DNA from: Octopus vulgaris | Taxonomy: Eukaryota | Direction of reading: 5' to 3' | NCBI GenBank assembly: GCA_951406725.2 | Contig: OX597825.1 | Span: 7,874,001-7,938,000, forward strand | DNA: 64,000 bases | In this document: piece by piece, positions 1-13,464 of the stretch | Numbering within the stretch: the stretch's first letter is position 1 | Layout of the letters: each line of letters begins with the position of its first letter | Notes under the pieces: model-generated | Database searches by the model: none | What the model saw: the letters and a program-made list of their open reading frames with translations, nothing else | Told to the model about the DNA's origin: nothing | Made by a program: the position numbers and the translations under genes

Positions 1-225
1 AATATTTTTAGAGAAGAAAAATGACGACACTAATTATGCCTCGAAATAGTCAATACTAACAACAACGACAACAACGAGAGCAACAACAGCAACAACAACA
101 ATATTTTCCATGAAATTCATTTCATGATATTTCATTAATATTTGGTGTATATCGTTTGTCTCTACCGCACTCAATCACACACACACACACACACTCTCTC
201 TCTAATATGTCTGCACACACACACA

Positions 226-560
<335 letters not shown>

Positions 561-1088
561 GCACACACAGAAACACACACACACACACAAACACACTATC
601 CTATATAAGGGTGCATCACTGTATCGCGTGAACCGGCGGCAACGAGTTTTTCTTAAGTCTACCAACGACGCAAGCGCTAATTGGTGCATATGCTAACTCG
701 CCACACACACACACACACACGTAAATATAAATTACTAAAATTAAACCAAAAAGTGAACAGTAGTAAACATTCAGCATTGTACCTCATATTTATGAGTGCA
801 AATTAGAAAAACCAAAAATATGCCCAGGAACGTATCTGGCAAATCTACAACGAAAACAACATCGCAAATATATTGAAGGTTGTTGGTACGAAACATTAAA
901 ATAGAGACGAACGTATTGAAGCTGTAATTTGGAATGGCGAATAAACGCGTGCTGGTGTGGTACTGGTCATGGCTGTTGTTGTTGTTGTTGTTGTTGCTGT
1001 TGTATGGGCAGGGGTCTGAGTGGTCTAAATGGTACCATGTTGTTTGTAATTCTTCATTTCGTTGCCGGCTGAAGCAGTGTTCGCAATA

Positions 1089-1120
<32 letters not shown>

Positions 1121-1166
1121 AACCTATATATATATATATATATATAAACATATATATATATATATA

Positions 1167-1238
<72 letters not shown>

Positions 1239-1272
1239 CGAAAGGTTGGTGGTTCGAGTCCACCCAGGGACG
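1239..1272 (+). pseudogene. 3' half of a tRNA-Asn(GTT) (anticodon-stem 3' side, T-arm, acceptor 3' strand)
   Basis: CGAAAGGTTGGTGGTTCGAGTCCACCCAGGGACG matches, from recall, the conserved metazoan tRNA-Asn 3' half with one difference; followed by a T-run at ~1280; a (TA)n tract lies where the 5' half should be. Confidence 0.8.
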
Positions 1273-1286
1273 TGAATCCTTTTTAA

Positions 1287-1335
1287 TGGCGGTGCCCCAG
1301 CATGGCCACAGCTCATTAGCTGAAACTGGAAAAAT
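1287..1335 (+). mobile_element. SINE-B-type 3' tail fragment
   Basis: GGCGGTGCCCCAGCATGGCCACAG...CTGAAAC resembles the tail of full SINE-B copies (e.g. 34983-35025); a similar fragment lies on the minus strand at ~9986-10025. Confidence 0.7.
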
Positions 1336-1402
1336 CAAAATCAAATATATATATATATATATACATATATATACATATATATATATATAAATATATATAT
1401 AA

Positions 1403-1437
<35 letters not shown>

Positions 1438-1939
1438 CATATATATTCATATATATATGCATATATATGTACATACAAATATATATGCGCATGTGTGCAT
1501 GTATGTAAGTAAGCATGTAAGCAGCTATGTGCACACGTGTAAGCACATGTATACAAAACAGTGGAGTTGATGGTAAACCAATACGAAAGTTCGTGTAAAA
1601 TATATTAATTGAAGGTGAAAAAGTTCACAAAATATTACTCCCCATATTCAGGTACTTGATTATCGTGCAGGTGTTATGGCATTTTAGATTTTATGGAATC
1701 TCTACAAGAATGAAACCGATTGTTGATGATGAACAATACAACATTAAAATCGAGTAAAATAAGATTTAAAAAAACAATATTAAAAACAACAAATTCGATT
1801 GAATTGTTTGAGGTTAATATTTATTTTTATTGAACTTTTGCAGACGTTATTCAAATGCCTTTGCTTTCGAAGTTCATTCCACCAAATGGATGATGTAAAA
1901 AAATATTTTTCTCTCTTGAAAATATGTGTTTTCAAATTA

Positions 1940-3195
1940 TGGCAGAAGACCAGAAATTTCGGAAGAGAGGGTTACTCGATTATATTAAACCCAGTGTTCA
2001 ACTGGTACTTATTTTAACGACCCCGAAAGAATGAAAGACACAGTCGTTCTCGGCGTAATTTGAACACAGAATGTAAAGTCGGATGAAATACAGCTAAGTA
2101 ATTTGTCCGGCGTAATTCTGATTCTGCCAGCTCACCGTCTTAATGTTTAGTAATATTGCCATTAACATTTCGGATATTCCTGTCAGAATCGTAAGCAAAC
2201 CGGGAAAATGCATTTAGGCATTTTGTACATCTCTGCGTTCTGAATTCAAATTCCGTCATGGTTGACTTTGCCTTTCATCCTTTCGGGATCGGTAAATGTA
2301 AGTACCTGTTAAACACTGGGGTCGATGTTTTCGATTAGGCCCTCTGGCCACATTTCTGTCCTTGTGTCAAAATTTGAAACAAATATTTCAGAGATTCTTG
2401 GCCAAATCGTTAGCATACCGGGCCAAATGCTTTGCGGCATTTCATCCGTTTTTACGTTGTGAATCCAGTTTTCGCAGAGGCTTACTTTGACTTTCATCCG
2501 TTCGAGGTCGATTAAAAAAAGACCAGTTGCATGATCGAGTAACCCCCACCCCCAAGAAAACAATTACATTTCTTGTGCCAAAATCTGAAACCAATAATTC
2601 GGAAGTTTCGAATGCGTTCATATTTTTCTTCGATCTTATAATTCTATCACACAGAAGTTGATTCTCATACAGTATTTTTTATTAGACTGATATGCTATTT
2701 CCACTTTATATTATTTATTTGTTTATTGCCCCACAGGGGACAAACAAGGACAGACAAAGGGATTAAGCCGATTACATCGACCCCAGTGCGTAACTGGTAT
2801 TTATTTAATCGACCCAGAAAGGATGAAAAGCAAAGTTGACCTTAGCGGAATTTGAAATCAGAACGTAGCGTCGGACGAAATACCGCTAAGCTTTTGCTCC
2901 AGTATCCTACCGATTCTGCCAGCTCACCCCTTTAAATTATTGCTCTCACGTTGAGCTTCTTTGAATTCTTCACGTTTATATTTCGGTTGCAAAAGGCGGC
3001 TAGCTGGCAGAAACGTTAGCACACTTTGCAGATTTTCGTCTGTCTTTACATTCTGAGATCAAATTCCGCCGAGGTCGACTTTGCCTTTCATCCTTTCGAG
3101 GTCGATAAATTAAGTACCAGTTGCATACTGGGGTTGCTCTAAACGATTGGCCACCTCCCTCAAAATTTCGGGCCTTGTGCCTAGAGTAGAAAATA
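1940..3195. mobile_element. Cluster of about five SINE-A copies in mixed orientation (~1940-2140 -, ~2180-2390 +, ~2400-2595 +, ~2710-2930 -, 2994-3195 +)
   Basis: Each carries GGTCGACTTTGCCTTTCATCCTTTCGGGGTCGATAAATTAAGTACC (Deu/Nin-like SINE core) or its reverse complement, with tRNA-like head remnants. Confidence 0.85.
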
Positions 3196-3367
3196 TATAT
3201 TTCAATTGCATTTTTTTCATGTCCACTCTGAATTTGAACTCGTATCCTTCCGGTTATCTGACTGTTTACTGATTTCATGAAATTGCACTCAAAAGCTAAT
3301 ACACAACTATTTCATTCTCATCCTTCAAATTAGATATCATTCTCTCTCCCTTCATCTCTCTCTCTCT

Positions 3368-3548
<181 letters not shown>

Positions 3549-3998
3549 GTTTAATTTCTCTAACGATGCTATATATTCGCTACTAACTTTCTCCTTTTAC
3601 AGACATGTACTCACACACACACGAACGTTCCCACACGAACACGCGCGCGCACATACACAAACACACACACACACACATATTTTGTATACAAATTAATGTG
3701 ACGCATTCATGAAGCTAACACGTGTATCAAGACTAAATTTACTGCTTCCACCTTTCCATCAATACACTTTAGTGTTCTTCTAGTTCTTGGAGGGGGGCGG
3801 GCGCAGACTTTCCTTCTCTCCATTTCCTTTTCTGCCAAACTAATTTGCACTTATTCACCCTCGTTTAAAGATTTTAATGCCATGTACCGTGTATCTCTCT
3901 TAAATTCTAAATGTCCGATGCAATAATTTTATTTGAAATTTTCACTCTGCTGCAATATTACAACTATTAACATGCTATTTATACAATATAGACGCAAA

Positions 3999-4575
3999 AA
4001 ATGGCTGTGTGGTAAGAAGCCCGCTTTCTAACCGCATGGCACCGGGTTCAGACCCACAACGTGACACATTCTGATATAACCCCGGGCCGACCAAACCCTT
4101 ATGAGTGGATTTGGTAGATAGAAACTGAAAGATAAGGCGGCGAGCTGGCAGAAACGTTAGCGCGCCGGACGAAATGCTTAGCGGTATTTCGTCTGCCGTT
4201 ACGTTTTGAGTTCAAATTCTGCCGAGGTCGACTTTGCCTTTCATCTTTTCGGGGTCGGTTAAATAAGTAACAGTTACGCACTGACATCAAAATAATCGAC
4301 TCAATCCGTTTTTCTGTCCTCGTTTGTCCCCTCTCTGTTTAGCCCCTTGTGGGTAGTAAAGAAATAGGTATTCCATCTGACGTTACGTTCTGAGTTCAAA
4401 TTCCGCCGAGGTCGACTTTGCCTTTCATCCTTTCGGGGTCTATTAAATAAGTACTAGTTACGCAGTGGGGTCGATATAATCGACTTAATCCCTTTGTCTG
4501 TCCTTATTTGTCTCATCTATGTTTAGCCCCTTGTGGGTAATAAGGAAATAAGAAACTGAAAGATCCCGGTCGTCG
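3999..4575 (+). mobile_element. SINE-B copy interrupted by a SINE-A dimer
   Basis: SINE-B head TGGCTGTGTGGTAAG...GGGCCGACCAAA...GAGTGGATTTGGTAGA; the SINE-B sequence resumes after the insert as AGAAACTGAAAGATCCCGGTCG. Confidence 0.85.
4134..4550 (+). mobile_element. Dimeric SINE-A with 14-bp TSD
   Basis: Full monomer plus a second 5'-truncated monomer; AGAAACTGAAAGAT is duplicated at 4120-4133 and 4551-4564. Confidence 0.9.
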
Positions 4576-5418
4576 TCGCACATTTGGATGCCATCTACTC
4601 AACTCGACTCCGACTGCTACTACTCTAGTCTACCTTGACGTCTAGACTTCTCCCTCTATATCTACGTATTGGGCTAGCCTACTTCATCGCCTGGGGGCGT
4701 CCACACAACACATTCAAAAGTACATCAATGTCTTGTCAAGTAAATTGAAATATTAAATACTTCTTTTGACTGACGGACAGGAGAATTACTGAAGTACGCA
4801 CGAATACTTTCGGGTTTTTAGCTTAAAATCCTTTCAATTCCACCCCCTGCAGTGATTTTGCTTTTACCTCCTTCAGAGACAATAATGCAAAAATAGCAAT
4901 AACATATTGATAACGAATAATTCTAGAATATTCCGCCACTCCACCGCATTATGGACCGAAGTATTTGATATATTTATTATAAGTTGTTCATAATCGGGCA
5001 AAATCGTAGATTGCCGTTCCAGTTGTGTTAATTAATTACATTTAATTACCGAATATTGTTTCACTTTACTCACACCATAGTTGCCTACATCTGCTCTCAT
5101 AGTTCCTCTGCTGCTTTCTTCGGTTCCATTTAATAGATATAACCATTTCTTCGCCTCCAGAACCAATCCCATTAAAGAAATATTTAATCACATCATTTTC
5201 TCCTTTCATCTTAATGTTTCTATCTTCAATCTGTCTTCGTGTTTTTCCAGGAATATTTTCCTCATCGGAACTTGCAATATCAATAATCGATATGCGCTGC
5301 TGGAGATCTTGTTTTGTTTTGTGTTGTTCGCAAAACCTGATTTTCCCGTTCTTGGAATGGTGGACGGCGATGTCACCGTTGTCGTTGTAGTATCATATTC
5401 ATCAATATTATTCTATAA

Positions 5419-5635
5419 CCACCATCGGCACCACCACCACTGGCACTACCACCACCACCACCACCACCACCGCCACCACCATTACCACCAACACTACCAC
5501 CACCAACACCACCACCACCACCACCATCAACACCACCGCCACCACGAATTGCACCACCACCGCCATCACCACCACCACCACCGTCACCACGACCAGCACC
5601 ACCACCACTGGCACCACCACCACCACCTCCACCAG
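5419..5635. repeat. (CAC)n trinucleotide tract
   Basis: Directly visible; explains the poly-His/Gly/Val ORFs. Confidence 0.95.
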
Positions 5636-5708
5636 GCGCTACTTGTGCCTCGGAGGGTAACTTACTAGGTGCAATCCCATGGTCATTCATGACCGAAAGG
5701 TGTCCCCA

Positions 5709-5709
5709 A

Positions 5710-5740
<31 letters not shown>

Positions 5741-5752
5741 TATTATTATTAC

Positions 5753-5787
<35 letters not shown>
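5709..5787. repeat. (ATT)n tract
   Basis: Directly visible. Confidence 0.95.
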
Positions 5788-5788
<1 letters not shown>

Positions 5789-5989
5789 TCACACACACAC
5801 ATTTATATAAACCCAGGCTTATTCTCCATTTTCTTTTAGGAGGGTTAGCCACAACAAGACACACCAGGTATGCCATTCATTTCCCAGCTCAAATGGTCGA
5901 ACCCCGTTCTATGCTCGGATCAAGGCATATAACGCAACCCCCAAAATCAGCAGCAGGGCCCTGCAGAATATACTGATTTATCCCTGCCA

Positions 5990-6230
5990 CATCATACTGG
6001 GTCCGTACCCCTTTGAGCGACATGAAATTCACTCGTCCGTCCACAAACACGCTCTAAGCTTTCCTATCATTTATAAAAACTCTCTTGCCTCTCTCTCTCC
6101 AACACCTTTAACCACCAAAACTTTCTTCATTCCACCCATCCATACAAACCTAGACCTGTCTCCTTACTATCCGCTCCTCATCCATCCTCTCCATGTGGCC
6201 AAACCACCTCAATATTAGTCTATCCAATTT
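5990..6230 (-). mobile_element. RTE-clade LINE 3' coding remnant
   Basis: Minus strand at ~6160-6215 reads ILRWFGHMERMDEERIVRR, the LRWFGHxxRM motif typical of the RTE ORF C-terminus. Confidence 0.6.
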
Positions 6231-6259
6231 TGTTTTTAGATATGATTTTTTATGAAAGT

Positions 6260-6460
6260 AATAGACAAGGCCGTGTCTCGGGAGAATCACCGGACAAAAT
6301 ACTTCGCGACATTTCTCTCCCTTTAGGTTCTGCAGAGCCCGACTTTACCTTTCAGTTAATCGTGGTCGATAACAGAAGTACAAGTCTAGTACTGGGGCCC
6401 ACAAAATCAACCAACCCGCTCGCCATAAATTTCAGGCCTTGTACCTATAACAGAAAGAAT
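6260..6460 (+). mobile_element. Degenerate SINE-A
   Basis: CGACTTTACCTTTCA...GGTCGATAA...AAATTTCAGGCCTTGTACCTATA tail. Confidence 0.65.
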
Positions 6461-7189
6461 TATTATTATTGTTTGTAGCTAGATAGTAGGAATAAACATG
6501 TAAAATCAAACATCGTGAGTTTACTTGGAATCTGAAATATTTCAGATTCTCTTTTGCTTAACTGGAATTAATTTCTCTTGTGTCAAATCCTGTCGGCTGT
6601 AGGTCATAGATTAGGTTTTCTCTTTTTTTTGTGTCCTTCGTAACTACATATTTAAATTGTGTTTTGATTTTGTCTTCTGTTTTTCTAACATATTCTGTTA
6701 TTTCTCACTTCGGGCATTCTCTTAAGTGAATTCCATCTTTGTAAATTATTGTTTCCTTATGTTGATTAAATCGAAGCTGTCTTAGAAGAGAAAAGCCTGG
6801 GTCGTAGTACTGAATCCAGAACAACGTGATTGCGAAGATATCTTCTTCACTGCACGGTTACGGGTTACCTATGTGACTATCCTTTCTAGCAGATTCATAT
6901 TAAAAGACAGATTGTCATATCAGAAGCAGCCATTATTTACCCTTTGTGTCAGGAATTGACGTTGTAAAATGATGGTTAGTGTATCACGTTTACGACCACC
7001 TAAATTTCTCGTTTATGGACAAGTGCATCTATAGCCGTATTGACACTGTACAAGGCATTGAAAACATCAGATCTTCACCGTATCACTAGGTCAGCTTAAA
7101 CATTAGGACTTTGGGCTTACTGAACTGATTGTTGTGCCCTAGTTTCGCGCCAGCTCATCTCCGAGTGAGCAAATATTTATGAGCTTTCT

Positions 7190-7423
7190 TATTTCTTTAT
7201 TGCCCACAAGGGGCTAAACATAGAGGGGACAAACAAGAACAGATAAACGGATTAAGTCGATTCTATCGACTCCAGTGCGTAACTGGTACTTAATTTATCG
7301 ACCCCGAAAGGATGAAAGGCAAAGTCGACCTCGGCGGAATTTGAACTCACAACGTAGCGGCAGACGAAATACCGCTAAGCATTTCGCCCGGCGTGCTAAC
7401 CATTCTGCCAGCTCACCGCCTTT
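7190..7423 (-). mobile_element. Full-length monomeric SINE-A with 16-bp TSD
   Basis: Reverse complement of the SINE-A consensus; TATTTATGAGCTTTCT (7174-7189) vs TATTCATGAGCTTTCT (7424-7439). Confidence 0.92.
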
Positions 7424-7768
7424 TATTCATGAGCTTTCTAGCTACTGAAATCCTGGATCTTCAAATAACAACGCCTTCCTATATCATTTCCATGAACTGA
7501 ACAGCATTCCATGCACTCTATATTTCAAGAACATGGACTATGAATTTGAAGCAGATTAGACTGCTATTTCTAGCAGAACAAGTGTAAAGGTGGCATAGGT
7601 TACAGCTTCAAGTGAAGGAAGGTTAGTTCCGAGAAGAGTTTCCTTAGCCGGTGGCTCTTATTTGAATATCACTCGTGTAAATGGCCGGAAGCCGTTTTCT
7701 GTTTATACTCTCGTCAATATTCACAGAGGAACATTAACAGTTTCGAAAAATTCAAGTTTCAGGAATAC

Positions 7769-8282
<514 letters not shown>

Positions 8283-9010
8283 TCGATTATGCATATCACA
8301 TGTGCGTGGGTGTATATGTACGTGAATGTATAAATGTGCTAATTTTACACATAAAACCATTAATTACTCTCAAATATTCATCGCAGTATTTATGTTCTTT
8401 CAAGTTTCTTTCGATGCTGACTGAAGAATCTCATTTTGTCTATGAGACCACGTGACAATAACTTTTGCACCGCAGAAAATATATGTCAGTGAGGTCACGT
8501 GGCATTTGCATAAATCTTGCATTTCTAACTCCAGATAAACTCGGCGATGTTAAATGTTTCGCTTATCTCCTCGTTCACACGCCGAATTCCAATATATTCC
8601 AATGAATTTAATTCGCATCCCGGCATTCAACGGGAAAAATTTAATTCCAGAATTAAACCTCCATCATACAACAAACACATACACGCACACACACACACGC
8701 ACACGTACACAATCGCATACGCACTAAAACACACGCAGGCACATACACACACGCGCAAACGAACACACACATACATACATGTGTTGCTTCTCTTAAAAAT
8801 ACTTTGACGAATAACCCATCTGCACGTAGCTACTCTCTCATGGATACAAACATTCAGTGGTGTTCGCTTAGCCTTGCATGCAATACTTAGAAACATGCAT
8901 ATAATGGTACGGTTATAGGCTTTTGTTGCATTATATATAAGTGTGTGTGTGTACATACATATATACAAATATGTATGATATGTATGTGTGTATTTATATA
9001 TGTATAAATA

Positions 9011-9042
<32 letters not shown>

Positions 9043-9048
<6 letters not shown>

Positions 9049-9215
9049 ACATTATATAAAAGGGCTTAGTAAAATAAATTACTTTGCCGCAGTAATTTAT
9101 TTTACTAAGCCCTTTTATATAATGTAATAATTTGAATTCGCCTTAAATGGTCCCATTGCATACTGAACACTTGGTGAAATTGATTAATAATTAATTAATT
9201 TTACCCTCAATTGTT
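9043..9215 (+). mobile_element. (TA)n-embedded fold-back element with a perfect 41-bp inverted repeat
   Basis: 9043-9083 is the exact reverse complement of 9091-9131 (7-nt loop); terminal motif ACTTGGTGAAAT...AATTAATTAATTTTACCCT shared with 48696-48742. Confidence 0.7.
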
Positions 9216-9247
9216 GAAATATATATATATATATATAAGAATATATG

Positions 9248-9304
<57 letters not shown>

Positions 9305-9325
9305 GTATGTGTGTATATATATGTA

Positions 9326-9369
<44 letters not shown>

Positions 9370-10020
9370 ATGTATATTATTATATATATATGCATATCTA
9401 TATTTGCATATATATATATATTTATGTATATATATATACACATGCATACATAAATACATGCATACATACGTACATACTTATATACATCAGACATAAATAC
9501 ATACATACATACAGATATAACCTTATTTCTGTCCCATTCTAAAGAAAGCCGTCCGACGAACGGGAACGTGAAACTCTGGATGACAGATTTGTGACGTTTC
9601 TGCTGCCTTTTAATGATGCATGTTACTCTGGCGTTCGACTACTATTTTTTCCACCTCGTTTCGCATATATCTGTATGTACATACACACACACACATACGC
9701 ACACGCACACACGCATATATATATGTATATATGTATGTGTATGTGAGTGTGTGCTTATATATATAAACACATATACACGTACACGCGTGTGTGTCTGTGA
9801 ATATGTGTGTGTGTGCGTTCGTGTGTAATATATGTATTACTGAAACTTGAATTTTGCAAATGCTGAATATAAATTTAATATATATTCATTACTTGCGCTT
9901 TACCGGTGGACTTGGATGTTTGACATCCCTTTCTAGAATTTCGGTCCTCACCTCTTATATATTGAGTGATTGATTGATTGATTGAGTCTAGTTTCAGCTC
10001 ACGAGCTGTGGCCAAGCTGG

Positions 10021-10060
<40 letters not shown>

Positions 10061-10437
10061 GCATATATTCAGCAGTGTCAGCGCAGAGAATTGTTTAGAC
10101 TTAAGCGAACTTTAGGTTCGTTAAAATATGTATCTGGCATATTTCAACTTCTAAAAGCAGTGTTGCAAAGCACTGGGAAGATATCGTGTTTTCACATCTT
10201 TTACCACAAGGGAAAATATTTTCTCAACGGTAACTGCTGTGATTTTCATTTTTGAAGATGAAATATTTCACAAAAAATTTTTTTAACTAACCTAAAGTTT
10301 GAACACACGCATACACTCACACACACATGCGCAAACAAACCTATATATATATAGGTCAAACATAAAGAATGGGTTGCCTTACATAAATAATATTTTCACA
10401 ATTCAAAGACATTTGTTACTATAAGTGTTACACACAC

Positions 10438-10476
<39 letters not shown>

Positions 10477-10549
10477 CACTGATATCTCATTTTAATGGAT
10501 ATATTTACTAAACTTACATAAAAATATCTTGAAATACTAAAGAGTAAAT

Positions 10550-11270
10550 TTATTGAATAAAATCGCTATTGGCTTGAACCACGGCCTCTAAGCAACTTAG
10601 GAACCTCCTGCAACTCTTATGCACGGTCTCCTTGTTTAAGAGGGTGAATGCTGCCATAATTCTTGCCTTCAGTTCCTCTTTGGTGTTCCAAGGAATTTTG
10701 TCGGTCTCTCGCTGAACTGCGCCCCACGCATAATAATCAAGGGGGTTGCAGTCTGAAGAGTTAGGTGGTCAGATGCTAGCGGTGATGTGGTCGCAGAAAC
10801 TGTGTGACAGCCATGACTGGGTTCGCTTGCTTGTGTGGCATAGTGTAGAGTCTTCTTGATAGACATAGATTCTTTCAGCAGCGACCCTCTTGACACATGG
10901 CAGCACTGTCCCCTCCAGGGATTTGATGTAGGCCTCCATGTTGAGTCTGAGGCCATGTGGGAATGTGAATGGCGGCATAACGTCACCTTTACTTCTGATG
11001 TCACCAAACATCATCATATTCACTAGATGTTCTCGGAATGACAGCCCAAAACTCTGAAATGTTCGTATTGGTGCTTCCGGAGCGAATGCCAGGCACTAAA
11101 GCATGTCGTTTCCAAATTTCTGGTAGAGCGAATTAGGTCATGGCACTGTTTTTCTCACAGACGGTCCCCAACTGACCCTACTATACTGTGTAGTCGGCAA
11201 AATCAAAACGAGCAATGCGCAAGAGTGAAATATGAAATATAAAATGGCCACAATTTACCCACGTGACCTA
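10550..11270 (-). mobile_element. Internally deleted Tc1/mariner (DD37D/maT-like) transposon remnant
   Basis: Minus-strand translation MMMFGDIRSKGDVMPPFTFPHGLRLN...YQEDSTLCHTSKRTQSWL...PPNSSDCNPLDYYAWG...RFLSCLEAVVQANSDFIQ*; N-terminal fragment from ATG at 11141; in-frame stops. Confidence 0.9.
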
Positions 11271-11399
11271 AAAGTGGCTCGTTATGGATTATAGCAGTGA
11301 TTGGGACTATTTTTAATGAATTATTGGGAATCTATTGTGTGCATCACTTTTTATATTTGTGTGTGTGTTTGTGTTATTCTAATGCCGTGGTGGATATGT

Positions 11400-11795
11400 C
11401 GTTTGTTATAAATGCGCTCAAAAGGGGTCTGTATTTTGTAATAAAGCGTGTCTCTTTACTAATTCGTTGGCTACAGGTTGTATCGTCCCTGAAGGGTAGA
11501 GGGGAAAATATTCTGAAGTTTGGATTTTTTCTATTGGTGCAAATGTCTATGTGTTTTGGGAAATTTTTATCTGGGATCTGTGCAGGCCCATTCTTTTACG
11601 TAGACTGTTTTTTGTTTGGCCTATGTATTCCTATTGGCACCCAGAGCACGTTAGTGCGCATATCAGGTTCTCCGAAGTACATGTGAAGTTGCTTTTCACT
11701 GTGAAACGTTGTCCCTATTTGAAAGAGAACTCTGATTCCTCAATTAAATTGACGCATATCCCACAGATGGCTCTTCAGTATTTTTTTACTGACGG
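11400..11795 (-). mobile_element. Penelope-like element GIY-YIG endonuclease remnant
   Basis: Minus strand reads CGICVNLIEESEFSFK*GQRFTVKSNFTCTSENLICALTCSGCQ*EYIGQTKNSLRKRMGLHRSQI, i.e. the PLE-type CxxC / NLIY..C..C...YIGQT..LRxRM..HR pattern, with stops. Confidence 0.8.
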
Positions 11796-12016
11796 CTTGT
11801 GTGTTGTTCTTCGCTGCCAAGAATTTACAATGACCTCGAACCCACAAGAGTAAACAAGAGAGACAGAGACAGGCAGAAACAAGGAAAATGCCCCTTGTAT
11901 TTGAATACTATGCAAATATACTTTAAAAAAATTTTTCTTTTAATTTTTCCATATATATCAACTCGTGTGTTACTTTTCAACCTTCTACATATACATACAT
12001 ATATACATACATATAT

Positions 12017-12122
<106 letters not shown>

Positions 12123-13124
12123 GTGTGTGCATGTATGTATTCTGAGAGAGAAAGAGTCAGACACAGTAAGGTTGTGGCTTGGCTAATTCTAATTAAGAGC
12201 GACATTTTAAAATGAAATTTATAAAAGAAAATCAATACTCGATAACTAAAATCATTTCCGTCCGCCTGCATATTTATTTTTGCTTACTATTCTAATCTGC
12301 ATACATTAAATATATTAACATAAATTTATCTTTAGTCCAATAAACTTATTGTTTCAGCAGATACATCCACGGTTCCGGCGGATGTATACCAGAGCTCAAC
12401 ATCGTTACCATTTACTAGAGTTAGGTGTCGTTTGCTCTCTTTTTCTGTTACAACACTAAAATTGTTTTAGAGCAAAGCTAGAAACACAATGTAATATGAA
12501 ATTAATTCCCATTCTGTATGTTATGTCACGTAATATTCTATAAATGGTAACTGAAAAATTTGTTAATTGTTCTGGAGATTGACTGGTACTCCTCTACATA
12601 TACATACACATGTTTGCACCTGTTTACCTACCTACATCCAATTTCTCTCTCTTTTCTTCACACGTACACGCCAATATATTTCTAAATATAATGCAAGAAA
12701 TAGTATATAATTACAAATAATTTCATAGGAGACTTTTAAAAGACAATCATCTTTGTCATACAGGCCGGACGAACATCTACAATCAAATGTCTGAACGTTA
12801 ATTGCTTAACTTTGCAAATGAATTATTAGCAAAGAAGTGCTAGCTCATACATTCTCTATACCAATATATGAAGATAAATTTCCGTATAACTATATGTGTA
12901 TATATACGTGTGAATTTGTTTTCCAGCATGGTTCTGGGTTCAGTCCTACTACCTGCCGCCTTGAGAAAGTAACATCTGCTATAGCTTTACGCAGAAAAAT
13001 TTAGGTTTAAATCAGTGTTTCTCAAAGGGGAGGCATATGGGACAGTCGGACAAGCTGTTTTAAGAAAATTTAGTTTAAATGTTTGACAACTCAGCAACGT
13101 CCATTGGACGGGAGGCGTTTTGCT

Positions 13125-13168
<44 letters not shown>

Positions 13169-13261
13169 CTATATCTATATGTACATACATATATACATAT
13201 GTATGTGTGTATGATTGTGTTTGTCTTTGTCCTCCCTCCCAACACTTGACAAACAGTGTTG

Positions 13262-13327
<66 letters not shown>

Positions 13328-13397
13328 GTATATATACATATATTTATATATATACATATATTTATATATATACATATATATATAGAGATATATACGT

Positions 13398-13464
<67 letters not shown>

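Noticed and set aside
600-610. CArG box
   Set aside because: Seven A/T bases lie between CC and GG rather than the canonical six
5081-5876. His-rich or Gly-rich protein ORFs
   Set aside because: They arise from (CAC)n and (ATT)n tracts; the flanking residues show no domain similarity
13013-13100. hAT/Charlie-like TIR CAGTGTTTCTCAAAGGGG
   Set aside because: No matching opposite terminus or 8-bp TSD found
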